This document shows, one piece after another, positions 13,829-28,203 of a stretch of DNA of 64,000 nt. The notes beneath the pieces are model-generated. The model made no database searches. It had not been told where the DNA came from and saw only the letters and a program-made list of their open reading frames with translations. Position numbers and translations under genes: made by a program. Numbering within the stretch: position 1 is the stretch's first letter; each line of letters starts with the position of its first letter. Source of the stretch: Fimbriosthenelais zetlandica (Eukaryota); assembly GCA_977030845.1 (NCBI GenBank), contig OZ365113.1, forward strand, positions 10,912,001 to 10,976,000. Reading direction: 5' to 3'.

Positions 13829-14879
13829 TCAGTCAAAATGAATCGCAGAGTAAAGTATTATCCAAGAAACCTAGAGATGAAAATACAACTTTTTATCTGA
13901 CATTCAACAAGCAAATATTGCGTTTTGATTTTTTCTCCCAGAAATGAAGCAAATTGTAATAAAAGGAAAGATCCTAATTATTTGTCACAAATCGAAGACA
14001 AATGAAGATTGTTTTTTAGCAAGATGAGGCCAAGGCCTACTTCTAGCTACTACTGGGTCCGTACTGATGTCTCACCATGAATGAAGAAAATGAAGTCATT
14101 AATCCTTCTTTGAGAATTTCTGACATTCCTCCGTACTCCTCTTCGTCCACTCTTTGGAAAGAACTATAGTAGAGATAGACGATGAGGGTATTCACAGCAA
14201 AGAATCTGAAAGAATTAAAAATACCAAAATTGTGAGAACTATAAATGTAAAAGACAATAACCTGTACGGTATAGATTTACCGGACAATTAATTTAATAAT
14301 AAAAGTAATAAAGAAAAAATAATAAAATACTTACAGAAGTATACCTAAAAATCCCTTGAGTGGTACTATCCCCCAAATGACACCGATTACAACACCAATA
14401 ATCTGCCGCATCCAGTAGATGACGTCCAGAAATTCATCCTGTAAATAATGATTTAAAACACGGTCTTAACTCAGACTTCATTGTAGCATATTTTGACACA
14501 GTTAAATTCAACTTAAATTTAAACTTTTAATCTAAATTAAAATTTAAGTTTATTCTTTATAACAATGGAAAACATGGCTCTTAGCCTACTACAGTAGAAT
14601 GTATAACCAAATGTACAGTCTAGGCTAAGCTTAGCCTTAGGCAGTTAGGGCTAGGCCTATTACTACAAACTTGGCCTATGAGTATGAGGCTACGTGGACA
14701 AAACCAACGATTAGACTACACTCTACATACACATCCAGAGGGGTGGGGTGCGGCAGGTTGCTTACCTTGTTCGTCCAATCTGATTCACTTGAAAGAGCTT
14801 TAGTCATCGTTTCCATGACGGTAGGTTCTTTTGACGCATTTCTGTCGCCTATCCGTTGTCGTACGTTCGTTTTAGACAT
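13829..14879 (-). CDS. RAB5IF: RAB5-interacting factor (C20orf24/OPTI family), 129 aa
   Basis: Exons 14879-14766, 14438-14335, 14205-14076, 13870-13829, in phase. They give MSKTNVRQ...SESDWTNK-DEFLDVIYWMRQIIGVVIGVIWGIVPLKGFLGILL-FFAVNTLIVYLYYSSFQRVDEEEYGGMSEILKEGLMTSFSSFM-VSWIILYSAIHFD*. This matches the family signature DEFLDVIYW..RQ / DEEEYGG / KEGxMTSF. Confidence 0.95.
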
Positions 14880-15302
14880 GGCTAACCCTTTAAAATCTGG
14901 ATAAATTCACTGGAATGAACACCTTGTCTCGTGCGCAAGAAAAGCCGGGCCGGAAGTTACTCCACTGAATCCGTTGCAACGGAGCCTTATTTTCTTGATT
15001 TTATTTGTACAGAAACTGAAGAGTTCCAATAGTTCCTTGGTGGTATTCTCCTAATTTCGAGGCTATTTTCCAAGTATATCTACTTTAGTCTTAAATAAAT
15101 TTTATATATGGCATAAAGAATGCAAAATATAAAAGGAATGAGCTCCACATTCTAATAGACTAATTTATATTGCAGTTACCAGTAGAGTTCATAAACCGGA
15201 AGTACATCTCTAACAACTTTTGTCATTTTCGCAAGCTGGAGGCAGGAGACTAAAGTTTTGTTGTTGATAGTGCCAGTTGCATTAGACTATCAACATTTCA
15301 CC
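14880..15302. promoter_or_regulatory. Compact bidirectional promoter shared by RAB5IF and DCAF17
   Basis: 423 bp separate the divergent start codons. Two ETS/GABP-type CCGGAAGT sites (14950-14957, 15196-15203), a 14-bp palindrome TCCGTTGCAACGGA (14970-14983), and no obvious TATA box. Confidence 0.7.
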
Positions 15303-18300
15303 ATGGGAAAGAAGCGAAAAAATATAGCATATTTAGTGCTTCAGCGACAATATAATTTAAAATCAAATTACCGAATCAATCTGGAGATTATGAAAGCGAT
15401 TGTGTGTGAGGTGAATAATACTCTAATAGTAATAGCCTAAAATTTACCTGGTACGGTAGCCTATTTAGGGCTAGGGCCAGTAGGGGCTTAAATTCTCTAA
15501 GTCTAAGCAAAGATTCTACTATACTAAGACTAGGCCTATCAGTATTAGCTTAGGCTCCAAGGCCTGGCTTTGAATTGAGGAAGCTGGTAATTTGATATGT
15601 AGAGCCAGAGGCATACAAATTTGTCAAATCTTAGACTTAGAGTAAATCATTTTACTCTAAGGTCAAATATACATGACAATGTAAATGGGGTAACATGACA
15701 ATGCATATTGTATCATTATATCGCAAGGACCTTTTGTTGAATATTTTAATTGTCATTGACAGTATTTTGTTACAATTTTCAGGAAGGAACCAGCTTCAAA
15801 CCATTATGGCAAAAGTCGTCGAGTTCTAATATATCATATGAAAAGTGAGTACGGTAAAGTACTACATTTTACATTGCAGTTTCCCCTTAGTTCTCCCTTT
15901 ATAATTTCTATTTCCATTATAATTTTAATGGCCTCAAAATTAGTGGAGGGAGGCATCTAGACTATAGACAAACACTGCCAAATGATATTAAAAAATATAT
16001 CGAATAGATATGTGAATAGATTTTAACGTTTACTTTCTATTGTAGCGGACGTATATACTTCGACAACTACAGAAACTGCTACACAATGTAAGCTCAATAA
16101 TTATTTGACAGAGTCATACATTTATAGGTACCGGTACCGGTATGTAGGGAGACAACTCTAAGTTATTTAAAAAAAAAAGTTTAATCAGTGTTTTGTAAAA
16201 CTTTTTCTTTTCATTCACAGATACGGTATGCACAACTCGCCCTCGCCTTTATATAGCTTACCTAAATGCCCTGCTTCCCAAAAAATTCAAGATGCCTTAG
16301 TATGTGGGTGCCCAATGGTAAGTAAGATGCATCCCAACACAGGAAAATCTCCATGCCTTATCTGATCATATCAATCATTTTATCCATCACTGGTTTTTAA
16401 TAACCATATATACTGCATCATGACATGGGTCAAAACATGGGAAAATTAAAATAAATTTTGATATAGGATGCGCTACCAGTACAACATGAAGGGTGGAGGA
16501 ACCACTTACTGGCACTGACGGCTCACAACTGGCTGCTGCGGCAGGATGTGGACACGGGCAGAACACTTCAACAAATCTTCTTAACAACCAGATATAAATT
16601 CAGGTGTGTTATAAAGTAGACGATTTATTATAAAACCAGTCAACAAATCAAGATCCCCGTATTCAATTCTAGAGTCGATATCCATACTAGATATTTGCAT
16701 TTATTCCTTCGTTGCGTCTAATAATCTTTTTTTTAACACCAGACACATATCATGGGACAACGAACAGGAAACTTTTGTACTTAAATCCACCCACATTCGT
16801 CTCAGGCCTCCAGTAGTAAATCAGGTAATATGACATGTTTTTTTGTTTTTTTAGATAATTTCCCTAAAACATATTTCTATCTACAAACTTGTATCGTGTA
16901 CCATAGATTCCATATTTTATATTAACATACTTTCTCCCCTTACAGAATGCTGTAGTCGCTTTAGCAATGTTCACAGTGATTCCTTTAGAATTTGTTTGTA
17001 TGTTGGAAGTGACCCGTTCAGTGAGTATTTGTCTTACTTTTAAACTTAATTCCACATTATATGACATATTTATAAATGGCTGAAAAGTTTAGCACTTGTT
17101 ATGTACGAGTATTTGATTGCAGACGTTTGGAACGAGTGCCACAGATGCTTTAATATGTCAGGGAGCTCTGATTATTCTCCACAGTGGGGGGATGGTTCGT
17201 ATCTATAGCATGGAGCATATTATGAAGACTGGACTCATGTACAAGGCCAATATCCACCAATACTGTAGTGGGGCAGGTGGAGTGGTGGGTACTGAGCCTA
17301 CCGGTCTACCAAGGAACATACATCTTGATGGTACAGTTCCCAATCCACATCATTTACAAAATTTAATAATTTGCCTTTACTGTTCAGAATTTAAACATAT
17401 TCATCTATATCTAATTGGTCTGTTAATTGATGAGGAATTAATGGAGTTCTGACTGATTTGTCCACATAGAGGCGCCACCAGTATTGTTTGCCGTGCGGTG
17501 CGCTGATCACAACCTCACACTGGGCGGGATACCATGGCATTATATCATAAGTTCCCACAAGGAAAAGGAAAACTTCAAAGTCTACTCATTAGAAAATAAT
17601 GAAATGGTAAGTTACAACCACAGTTAAGGTGTCAAAATCTCATATTTCTTCGCATTATAAATTATATTAGTCATTGAATTGACATTGTCCGCTTGACAGT
17701 TCATATCATTGCTAAAGTATGTATCTGCCATTTCATATTCCTATATCCTTTCAGGTCGAAAATGGCATTTTAGAAATGCCAACACCATCTATAGAACCTG
17801 ATAAATGTATGTTTCATATGGACAACTCTGGGCGCATTCTCCATATAGGGCCAAACGAAGTCAGGTGAACAAAAAGAACTTTGTGTATTCTTTCTCATCA
17901 CTTATAAATCTGTTCACCATTCTGTTTGTAAAAAGGATCAGCCACTAATTCAACACCGCTAAAGTTTGACTTGAAATGACGCAATGAAAATATTTTCAGA
18001 ATCTTGAAGTTGATGGAAAATGGATCTTCTGGAAGACACAAGTTGGCACTAGATTTTAACATAGAAGCCAGCAAACTTTATGGTGCTAAAACTCAGTCAG
18101 AGGTGAGATACATACAGCCTAATTGTATATATTTTTTTTTCTCAAATCAACATTTTCAAATTGGTTGGGAGATTATTACTTGTCAAACAGGACCGATATC
18201 TAACATTGTTATATTTCCACAGGGATATGATGGACTAGTGCGTTACAGCTCATCAGGGAGAGTTGTTAAAACTAATTATAATTTGGAGGACATGGTTCCT

Positions 18301-18899
18301 AACTTGCAAGAGGTAATTATATAAACGCTACAAAGATGTCTCAGTCAATTCGTGAAATTTTCACCAAGTTGGGTTTTCATTAGCATTTGGTAATATTAGT
18401 ATGCCATGTTGTCAGTCATGTCTTATTATCTTTAGACTATAGCAGATCTTCAATATGAGAATGAAATAGATATACTGGCAGTGACGTCCACCCAGAGTGA
18501 CGGAGACGACGTCAGCGCTAAAGTTCACCTCATCAACAATGAGACGGGTCAAACAGTGAAGGAGATAGCCATGGCGGGGTCATGGAGAGAGGTAGGGGGC
18601 ATACTACCTTATCACGACATCACCTGTCTTTCCATCTATTAACTAAATTCTCAGATCTTTCTCGACAACCAGTCATCATAGATTGGCCACTTTCATAATT
18701 ATACCGTTTCATGATGAGCCCCAATTTTCCATTTCAGTATTGTGAGTATCAAATGGTATTAGACCTCTATCACCTCATCTACATAGTCAAGGGACCAAAG
18801 AATAAATATGAATGCAGCATCTACCAACTGGACAGAATCTCGCAAGATGAAACGGAGAACTCCAAAAAGAAAGGGAGAAGACGATCAAGACTATTATGA
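15303..18899 (+). CDS. DCAF17: DDB1- and CUL4-associated factor 17, 14 coding exons
   Basis: Exons 15303-15410, 15783-15844, 16046-16087, 16221-16317, 16467-16603, 16743-16824, 16946-17020, 17123-17330, 17470-17606, 17755-17864, 18000-18102, 18223-18312, 18436-18591, 18738-18899; all phases join. Diagnostic motifs are GRIYFDNYR, LPKCxxSxKIxDAL, LLALTAHNWLLR, LGGIPWHYI, SGRILHIGPNEV, SGRVVK and YENEIDILAV. Confidence 0.93.
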
Positions 18900-20884
18900 C
18901 ACCTTCATAACCAGTTATAGTTACAAAACTTATGCCTTCAGGGTTCGTACAATTCCAGTAGATCAAGATTTCATGAATTTTCATGATTTTTAAGGACGTA
19001 CGAACCCTGGCCTTATTCTCACCAATATGGCAGTTCTAACGTGGTTTTTATCCTTTATTACATATACATGTACTAAAATTCTGAATAAATTATTCAGTGA
19101 TTATATATCTCTTGTTGGCCTTTGTGAGTCCAGACACAATTGCCCTACTTCCATCCTAGTTTGAAGTATAGCTTGTTCTATCAACCGACACTAAAAATGT
19201 CCGACAAAATTACAAAAAAATAACATTCAGAGATGGCATTTTATTTCCCGCCTTTAATACAGATATTACTCCAAACAGCCTTAGTTGATCGGCAGGAAAT
19301 GTGGATGAAATAACATCAATAGGAACTGAAATTGCGAACAGTGGTAATGAATATTCTATGTACAATGGGTCACCTTTGCTACATGATAATTTTGATAATA
19401 TAAAGTGTCAAATTCCCTCATGCCATTAGTACTGTTTCGACATGTTTCAGTAAATTGAACGAGTAGAAATAGTAAATATTAACATGCACATCACAACCTT
19501 ACAGAATGTATAACGACGAACCACTGATAGCAAGAAGAAATCATTAATCATACACTGTCAACGTACGTAGAAAGTCTAACATAAGTAAAATGGTTGGGAA
19601 GAAAATGAAAATATACTCTCCCGAAAATGGTCCACACGAGGTAACTATTGGGGTAGGGCCTTGCAAGTATTCAAATAAGATATCCAACTGACAAGTCCTA
19701 TTATACTAAACTGTCAATTACGCATCATGGCAGAATGGCCTGAATGGATGTTCCAGGCCCTGTGTATATAACAAATATATCAACAAATTCGGGATAAATA
19801 GATTACACTTCTTGCTATCATATACAAGAAAATCAGTTCTAATAAAGACATTCCAGAGGCCAGGGATGATATTAGTTACTTTTACATGACTACCGTAATC
19901 GTACATGATATAATTCTGACTATTTATCTCTTAATCTACAAAGACATGGGTACAAGATTGTGCTGAAAAACAATCATATAAAACGCGAGGAAAAACTCCA
20001 CGTATCTCTTTCAAACGGTCGTAAAAAATAGAAACTTATTTCTCTCTTAACCTGAGATCAGTTTAGAAAAATTACAAAGTGCTGCCTGCAATTTGGATTT
20101 GTTTCTTTAAATCTGAAACTATATGAGCCCTCATTGTACAAGCTGGAGCTGCAACAGTCAGACAATTCTTCAGAATAACGAAGTCCAACAATACGAGTTT
20201 ACTAATTGCACCACTGCTTTAACACGGACAGTGAAGTATTATATATGATTGTTATTTCAATTAACACAATCGGCTGCCTTTTAATTATGAACAAGGAAAG
20301 AACGAGGTCATTTAGACCGTTGGCAAGGTAGGGTTAATATTAAGCACGCTTTTTACATTTGCTTCTAATGCCTTAATACATTTTGGAATATGTTAGTATT
20401 TGGTAACAGACAGTGTATGACGCTTCCAGTCACAAGACTCCACATAATAACAAGTACGGCTATTCCAAAAAAACATATTCCAGTAAATACTTTCTAGACA
20501 TTGTCATTACTTCACAAATATATACCAAGAAAGCTATCAGATCTCAACACTGTACAGATAGACACCCATGAGACAGTATGCTATCAAATTATGCATCAAT
20601 ACATTTTGTCCCCTTCAAATAATATTCTATTATCTAACTCCAGATAATTACTTTCCTATTCCAACCAATCCAATTTTAGTAAGACCTATGTAGTTTAAGT
20701 ATTCCCATTTCATACAAAAGTTTAAATTTGTTACATTAATCGTCTCAGGGAAATGCGGGGTGGGTCAGGGTAATTCAAAGTGAAACATATCCAAACCCAC
20801 ACAAAAACTGGAACAGAAAGATACGATTGGCTACAGAAACACCAGTTTGGTACAAAATCAATGGAGTTAAGTTTCTTGATGTTA

Positions 20885-23800
20885 CTATTTGGCGCCTGTG
20901 ATTTTGCCCACGAAGCTTCTACCAGACGGCTCCAGATTCTGAATGATAAAGTAGACTACAGCAGCCACGGCCAGGAATATAAGGACCTGCACCCAGATAG
21001 GGAAATGCCTCTTGGTTGGCTTGGTTTGTTTCTGTGGTCGCGGGGCTGGTTTAGTAGTGGTGCTGATAGAGGAGAGGGGAGGGCGAGAGATGGATGGACC
21101 ATTACTGACATGTCCCCGGCTTTTACTGGGTGGTGGGATGCTGTCAGGCACATCCTCCTCTTCCTCTTCTTCCTCCTCCTCCTCTGGCTGCTCAATTTTC
21201 GAAGGTGGGTCAGGTTTTCTGAAAAATAAATTTGAAAAAATACCAAATTTTAATATTTATAAAAATAGATATATATAATTTATAGATTTTTATAAAGGGT
21301 TCTTCCCTTTGGATGGAGATCTTTTCCAGGGCGAAATGAGAAATTCAAGGACCTTCAAAGGATACTAACAAAGGTCTAGTTTATTAGAAGTAACGGTGAG
21401 CTTTCAAGATATTTATGTAGACACACATAGGAGTTCAATAAAGTTAATCATGAAAAGCAGTGTTATACAGTTGGATATTTATCAATCATACAAGTTACTT
21501 TACTAAAAACACTCCAAACAAAATTCACAAGATGAAAATAGATAGAAGATTACCTTATTGATGGTGTTGGCTTTTTAGGCGACTGCCTGGGTGGTGGCAT
21601 ATTCCTACGGCGCAGGTTCCTGTAAATAAATAAAACATTTTGTTGATCCTTTGTTATTCTGCATACATAACTATACTCTAGCGATTATAATCAAACCTAG
21701 TATCTCATAATATTGAAGACATAAAACAAGTTTTCTTGTTTATCTATATCTAAATACGTGTATGAAAGAATTTATATTAAATTAATGTACAATGTATAAC
21801 AAAGTCACTTACTGCCTAGGTTCCGGTTCAGGGTCTGAAAAAGCAAAGATAAAATTACAAAACGAGCAATGACAACAAACTCACAGATTTAACTAAAACA
21901 GGATGTTTAAAAAGTGATACGGACTGAAAGGGTTAATGTAAAAACTAAAAGGAGAACTATACCTTGAACATCTTCCAACCGTAGAATTTACAAATCAGGT
22001 GAATTCATTCATTCCATTTCTTCACTTTAGCTCATCATGACTAATTCACACCTACATACCCATCCATCTATTTCCCAGTTTCAGTTTAAGTAAATTGAGC
22101 CCATATATAATTGTGAAGACCAGCTGTGCCTCCCCGGGCTAGTGACCTACATGAGCACTTCACTTCTACTTATAATATTCAGGTGAGTCAAGCGAGCTGC
22201 TCCTCAACTCCTACCATCACTCACTCCCCCAACACAGCCACAGATGGACCTTAGTGTTAACATTGACTAAATTCCATTTTTGATTTGACAGTACGACTAG
22301 CTTCTTCTCTTTGATATCAATTATTATTATTTAGTAGCACTAGACACAGCGATAGGTGGAAGATCATGGAAAACGCATACACGGATGTTCCGTGAACCTA
22401 TATTTCTTTTGGTATTTGTATAATTTTCTTATTTTCTTTCTTGTATGTTAAACTTATAACTTCTATGCTGTATAAACATGTTGACTATAAAAAAGAAAAG
22501 AAAAATAGGTTATACAGTATCACTATGGTAGAAATTAATAACACTTAACATTAAAGTATACCTTCATCATAACCTATCAGTGACTTAGTATAAAGTCAAA
22601 TTGTAATGTGTTAGTAATATTAATACAAGATCTTAATCACACTAATGACACATCATTTTATATCACAATCGGATGAATCCCAAGTGGGATTCATTATTTG
22701 ACACTCAACATCATTTTCAGAATCTCAAAGTTTGAAACGATATCATGGCGGATCCCAAAACCAATAATTATAACATAAAACGTCCCAAACGTTATGTTTC
22801 CAAAAATACCAGTTCCTATTTTGTACTTGCCATTTTTCTCTGCTTGTGGACCTGTAGTTAAACATGAGCCATGAGTTAATTGTAAACTCAGTAACAAGCC
22901 CCCAACTGGGCATGTAGGCAACACCAGAAACCCTAAAGTGGGCTCTGGCAACACCAATAAATACATCAACTACAGGTAAATCACATTAAGGCACGTGTGC
23001 TAAGATTGCCGACTAAGAAAACAGGAATAAACCATTTTCAACAACTCTGCCCTCTATGTCGAGTTACGCACACTAACCTACTTTCGCAAGATAGACAAAA
23101 TTCCAAGTCTATCTCAAACAATGGACAAAAATGCTAAACATTATAAGGGACCTTACTAAGTGATGGTTGCTTAGGATTCCTGAAAAATAGTTTTCCTCAC
23201 GTTGTATGTACTATAAAATTCTACAAGATATTAATCTATCAGACCGGCCTTTTTAATTTTTCAAAATTTCTTTAAAATATTATCTGAGCAAGGGAAGAAA
23301 GTGTTAAGCGTTGTTGGGAGAAGGGACAAGGTTTTGTTGATTAGAGTAACTGAGAGTGGAGTTTTGTAAGATGGGGTTCAGTACCCACCCTCCAATATAA
23401 CCCACCTACAACAAGATCCATACAAACACTGGCTCATGTGGCACACCTACAAGGCCTGCTCATATGGACTACACACTCACACCCTAACAAACTAAGGTTA
23501 TGTTCACAGAGTACATGCTCAGACTCCTGTAACAAATTCCTCATGCAAGAGTAGACTGATACCAGACACGGGTGTACTCTCCCCTGGTAAGGCCACATTT
23601 TTTTTATTGTTTGGTTCGCGGACCCGCCGACAAAAATTTTTGACAAATAAAAAAAAATAATTTATTTTTCTGGCATTAGCGGATCCGCCGACGTTAGATC
23701 CAGGCAAAATTGTTTTTATCTTCCGACCTCCGAAGTTTAAAAATGTTTATATCATGGACCTACACATCAATGGTTTTTAGCAGTTTATATATACTTTTAA

Positions 23801-26800
23801 TGAAGATTTAAAAAAAAAATCATTATAAATTTATATTACAAAAAATGAATCAGAAATTTTTTTTTTTTTTTTCCGCCCGCCCCCAAAATATTTAGACCTA
23901 TTTTGTCCGCGAACCAAACAATTAAAAAAATGTGGCCTAAGGCGGAAGACTATATTTACACACAATATCATGACATACATTGACGGGTGGGGGCGGTCTA
24001 GCGGGGGGGGGGGGGGGGGGGGGGCTGGAAACGGAGCCTCTTTTGCCTATCAAGTATCATTGATGGTCTACAGTTTCTACCTAAACAGTTAAAGTTTGTT
24101 TGTACTCACCATCTCTGTCACTGAACTCTATTTCAGCAGGCGGTGCGGGTGGAGGGACATAGTGACTGACTCGTTCTGTTCGCACTGTCTCTGTCCTGTT
24201 CACCACGGTAACAGGCTCAGCTTTTGTTTTCGCACTCATTAGACGCTCAAGTTTCTTGATGTACACCCGACGTGTGGAATCTAAAATTTGAGGAAATATC
24301 ACAAAGTTAAATCACCAGGCAAAATAATTCATCCTTTTTTGTCCCCATTAAAATAGCATTCTCACATCATGACATGACATTGATTGCCTTATCAAAGTCA
24401 GTAACAAATTCAATGTTTTTCTCCAGGTTCCTTCCAATCTTTTCCTAATATCGGAGAATACCTGGGTAGCTTATACCAAAATCACACATCTCCTTATACA
24501 AATAGGTATCGGAGGACCCACAGAACAAATATTATATTACATATGTTCACAAGTAGGCAGTGCCTTAACACCTTATTACCCCCACCCCCACCCATCACTG
24601 GAGATACCATCAAGTGTTGACAGCATCAGTATCTCACCATGGGGTGGGGGCAGGGGGCAGACCTTAAGGTTAACGAGTTTCTACCCTTCCCTTCTTCCAT
24701 ACACCACGACCTAATACCCAAATACAACTTAGAGGAGCACTGGACAAGTTCAACAAAGAGAGAATCATCAGAGACAAAATGGCATATATAGAACCCCATC
24801 CACCTTGAACACCTTCTTTATCAAATCAACCTGTGAGAAGATTCAAGAAGATACATTATATCGGCGCTAGTACTACCTTAGAGTTTTACTCTAAGGTACT
24901 ACTAAGTACTCTGGGTTCAATGTATATCCAGGCACTTGGGTTAACAGCTGTTCGCATGAAATGAGTAGCACATGCTAATCTAACAGAGTTAGTACTTTGG
25001 AAATGCAGATTCCGAGCCATGGAGGATCAAATTACCCATTATATTACTTAAGATATTTATCCAGTTAAATAAAATATTTTGGTAGGGATTTCTAATTAGC
25101 CTATATATGGAGATGAGTGACATTTAATGAAATCTAATTTAGGCAATTGAATTCACCACAGAATTGGACTTTTTCTCAATGGTGGCAATATTTTTGAACG
25201 TCAACGTCAGTATGGTTCACTGTCATCAGTGTCATGCGATCAGTTCCCTACCATCGCCTGCTACAATCCTACAGGTGACCACAGCTGGACGAATATCTGC
25301 CAAGTTCTTATCCCTTATTTTAAATCTTTATGTGCCTCAAAAGCCAATGATTCATTGGCAGAAGAGAGTATGAACTTGGCACAGACTTGCAGCAGAAGAG
25401 GAAAATGGTCTATTAAATGTGCCACCAGTTTTAAAGTTTGCTATTTAATAAATTAGGAAAGATTAATTTTATTCTAGAAGATGGTTTGTTCTGAAAAGCG
25501 GCAAGCCACAGCACTATTAGAGTGTATTCCAAGAATTAAGCTACATGTAATGTGTATTTCTTTTTTGGATGGGGGCATGACATGACAAGATATAGTAACC
25601 TAATCATATCATAGTGCCTAACACACGGAAAGATATGAAAATGGTAACCCAGTAGAGTTCTGAATATAAATTTTCTAGAAACAGTAGGGAGGGGGGCAAC
25701 TCATATGACTCTCAGTCACTGAAGTCACTTACAAAGACTTTAATTATAAGTGTATAAAGTTCCTCTTAGGATTTTGATGTCCTTTTATAAATAACAACGA
25801 CCTCAATGTTCAATAAGGGACAGTAACACTGACATGTTTGATATACATGTAGTGACAAGAGCCCAACTCACTGACTATAAATTAAGGCATTAAGGGACTC
25901 TTCCACACCCAAATTTAGGTTATCCACGTTGGGTTAACTTAACCCACTAAATATATCAGCATAACAATTCAAAAAGAAACTATTTATGTCAGTTGGTACA
26001 AACATGATATTTAATACTAGGTGCGTCATTCACTGTGCAAAGATCCACAAAATCTTAAGCGAGAAAGATGTTTGGCATGAGGTTGGTAGGTTTGTTAACA
26101 TGTGAGGAAGGCGTATGGCCTGGTGACACATGAACCTCTTTTTTACCCTTCATTTCAGGGCCCCGCCATCATTTTGTCCCCATTTGTCATAGTTTGACTT
26201 TCCCTATTAAGAGCAGTGAAAAGCGCCAAGCCCTAACAACTTAACAACTTTTAAGCCCGCATTACACAATAATGCAATCAATTAAGTTTCCCTGTGCTCA
26301 GATGGCAACTAGATACAGATTACAAATTGGCAGGGAAATGGACAGAAAGTTGGTGATCTGTGCTTATGTCACCACCTCACCTCCTAGTGACCTACATGCA
26401 TTATGTTGTGATTATATTATAACAGTATAATATGGGGATTTCCAAGCCAGACACTGAGACATGGATACATTCAGTTAAACCAGGAATAAAGTAATAAATC
26501 AGTATACATATCACTTGCCCTAAATATCAACAAGTTTTCGCAGTATCACTGAATAGTAAATAACGTTAGAGCAACGAGTATAGAATGAAGTTGGTTAGAC
26601 TTTGAGGTAGCCTAGTATGATGTATTTTTAAGATGAGCATACTGCAGCAGGTTACAGGCAGGCCACCTGTCTGTGAGGGAACATAAATTACACAGATATC
26701 AGTGGCATATATCTCATGGGCTCTAACTTAGTGGCAGTCTGAACCCAGGAGCAAGGTTTTCAGGGGTTTCCTTTAACAAGTTTTTTTTGCTATGTAGCAT

Positions 26801-28169
26801 ACCCCTCCAGTACACTGACAACAAAGTGGCCTTACGTATATATTGGACTAGAAGCAGGACTGAGAGAGATTGGCAGTCAAAATAGATAATAAGAAATCTG
26901 TACAATGAAGAGTTCAAATGACATCTTGTGATCAGCTCATACTTCCATTATAGTACATTCAATGATAATCAAATGGTGAGAACCTGTGACATGCCCCAGG
27001 TCTTGTGCCGGAAGACAAACCCAAGCATCTAAGTCTGTCATTAATAGCCCTACAACCACGCCATTATTTCCATAATTACATACATGTATTATAGTTATTA
27101 GTAACAGTTATTTAATTCAGGGTATTAAACCATGGTTTGTTCAATATTTAAACTTCAAACTGAGATAAGAAAAATCAAGGCTTGGAAATAAAAATTGAAT
27201 GATTTCTTCACATAAACATTCTCATATTAAAAATTTATAGATATCTATACAAAATAATAAATAAAAAATAACTGACCAGTGATTGGTCCCGCATTGACTC
27301 CATGTTGTTTGAGGGCAGCCCTCAGTTCATCGTCAGAAAGCTGGTCAACGTTGGCCTGTCCGTTCATACTGCTCGTCTCACTAGAAACTTTCTTAGTGGG
27401 TGACCCGGGCTTTTTCTGCAACAATATAAGATATAGATAAGTTTATAAAAGACGCAATATATTATGTATCGGGATATCTGAATATGTATAGGTCTAGATC
27501 TATAGGTAAAACTAAAAGAGGTAATGTGATAATTCCCGAGACCTAGTCTTGAATAGATCCAGTACTGGTGGAATTTGTTGGAATGTCTTTAGCAAGAGAC
27601 GATGGCCTTCAAAAATCTAGGTGATATAAATTAATTTAATAGGCGATAGATAACTCCAAAATTTGAACTTATTGTCTTATATGACAGATATTTCCAAAAA
27701 GGACAATCTAATATTGTGACATACCGTAGTCTGGCGTAGACTACTGACAATGAATGAGAATGTGTATTCACACAAGACTTGTCGTCTCTGATTCCTAGCA
27801 TTGAATGAGGCAGTGAATCAATCAAGTCCCCCTTCGTGTCAGAGACGTTGGTCAAGTTCAAGTGTCTCGAAACAAGTATTGGATTCAGTATTGTGTAATG
27901 GTTATAGGCCTAGGTCTTACCTGACCTATAAATAAATATAGCATGGAGATGACTAACACTGTTCGTTGGAGTGAGTGTTTGTTTTGTTTTTTTTATCATC
28001 CACCGGTCTCCGTGTCATCGAGGCACATGTCAAACCATACAAATGTCAAGGACGACCGTTTGAAATCCAAATCAAAACATTTTCATTTTACACGCGATGT
28101 GATGTGATTATTATTTCATTTCTCCTCAGGGAGAAATGAAATCAAGTTTTTCACCGCGTTTCTGTACAC

Positions 28170-28203
<34 letters not shown>

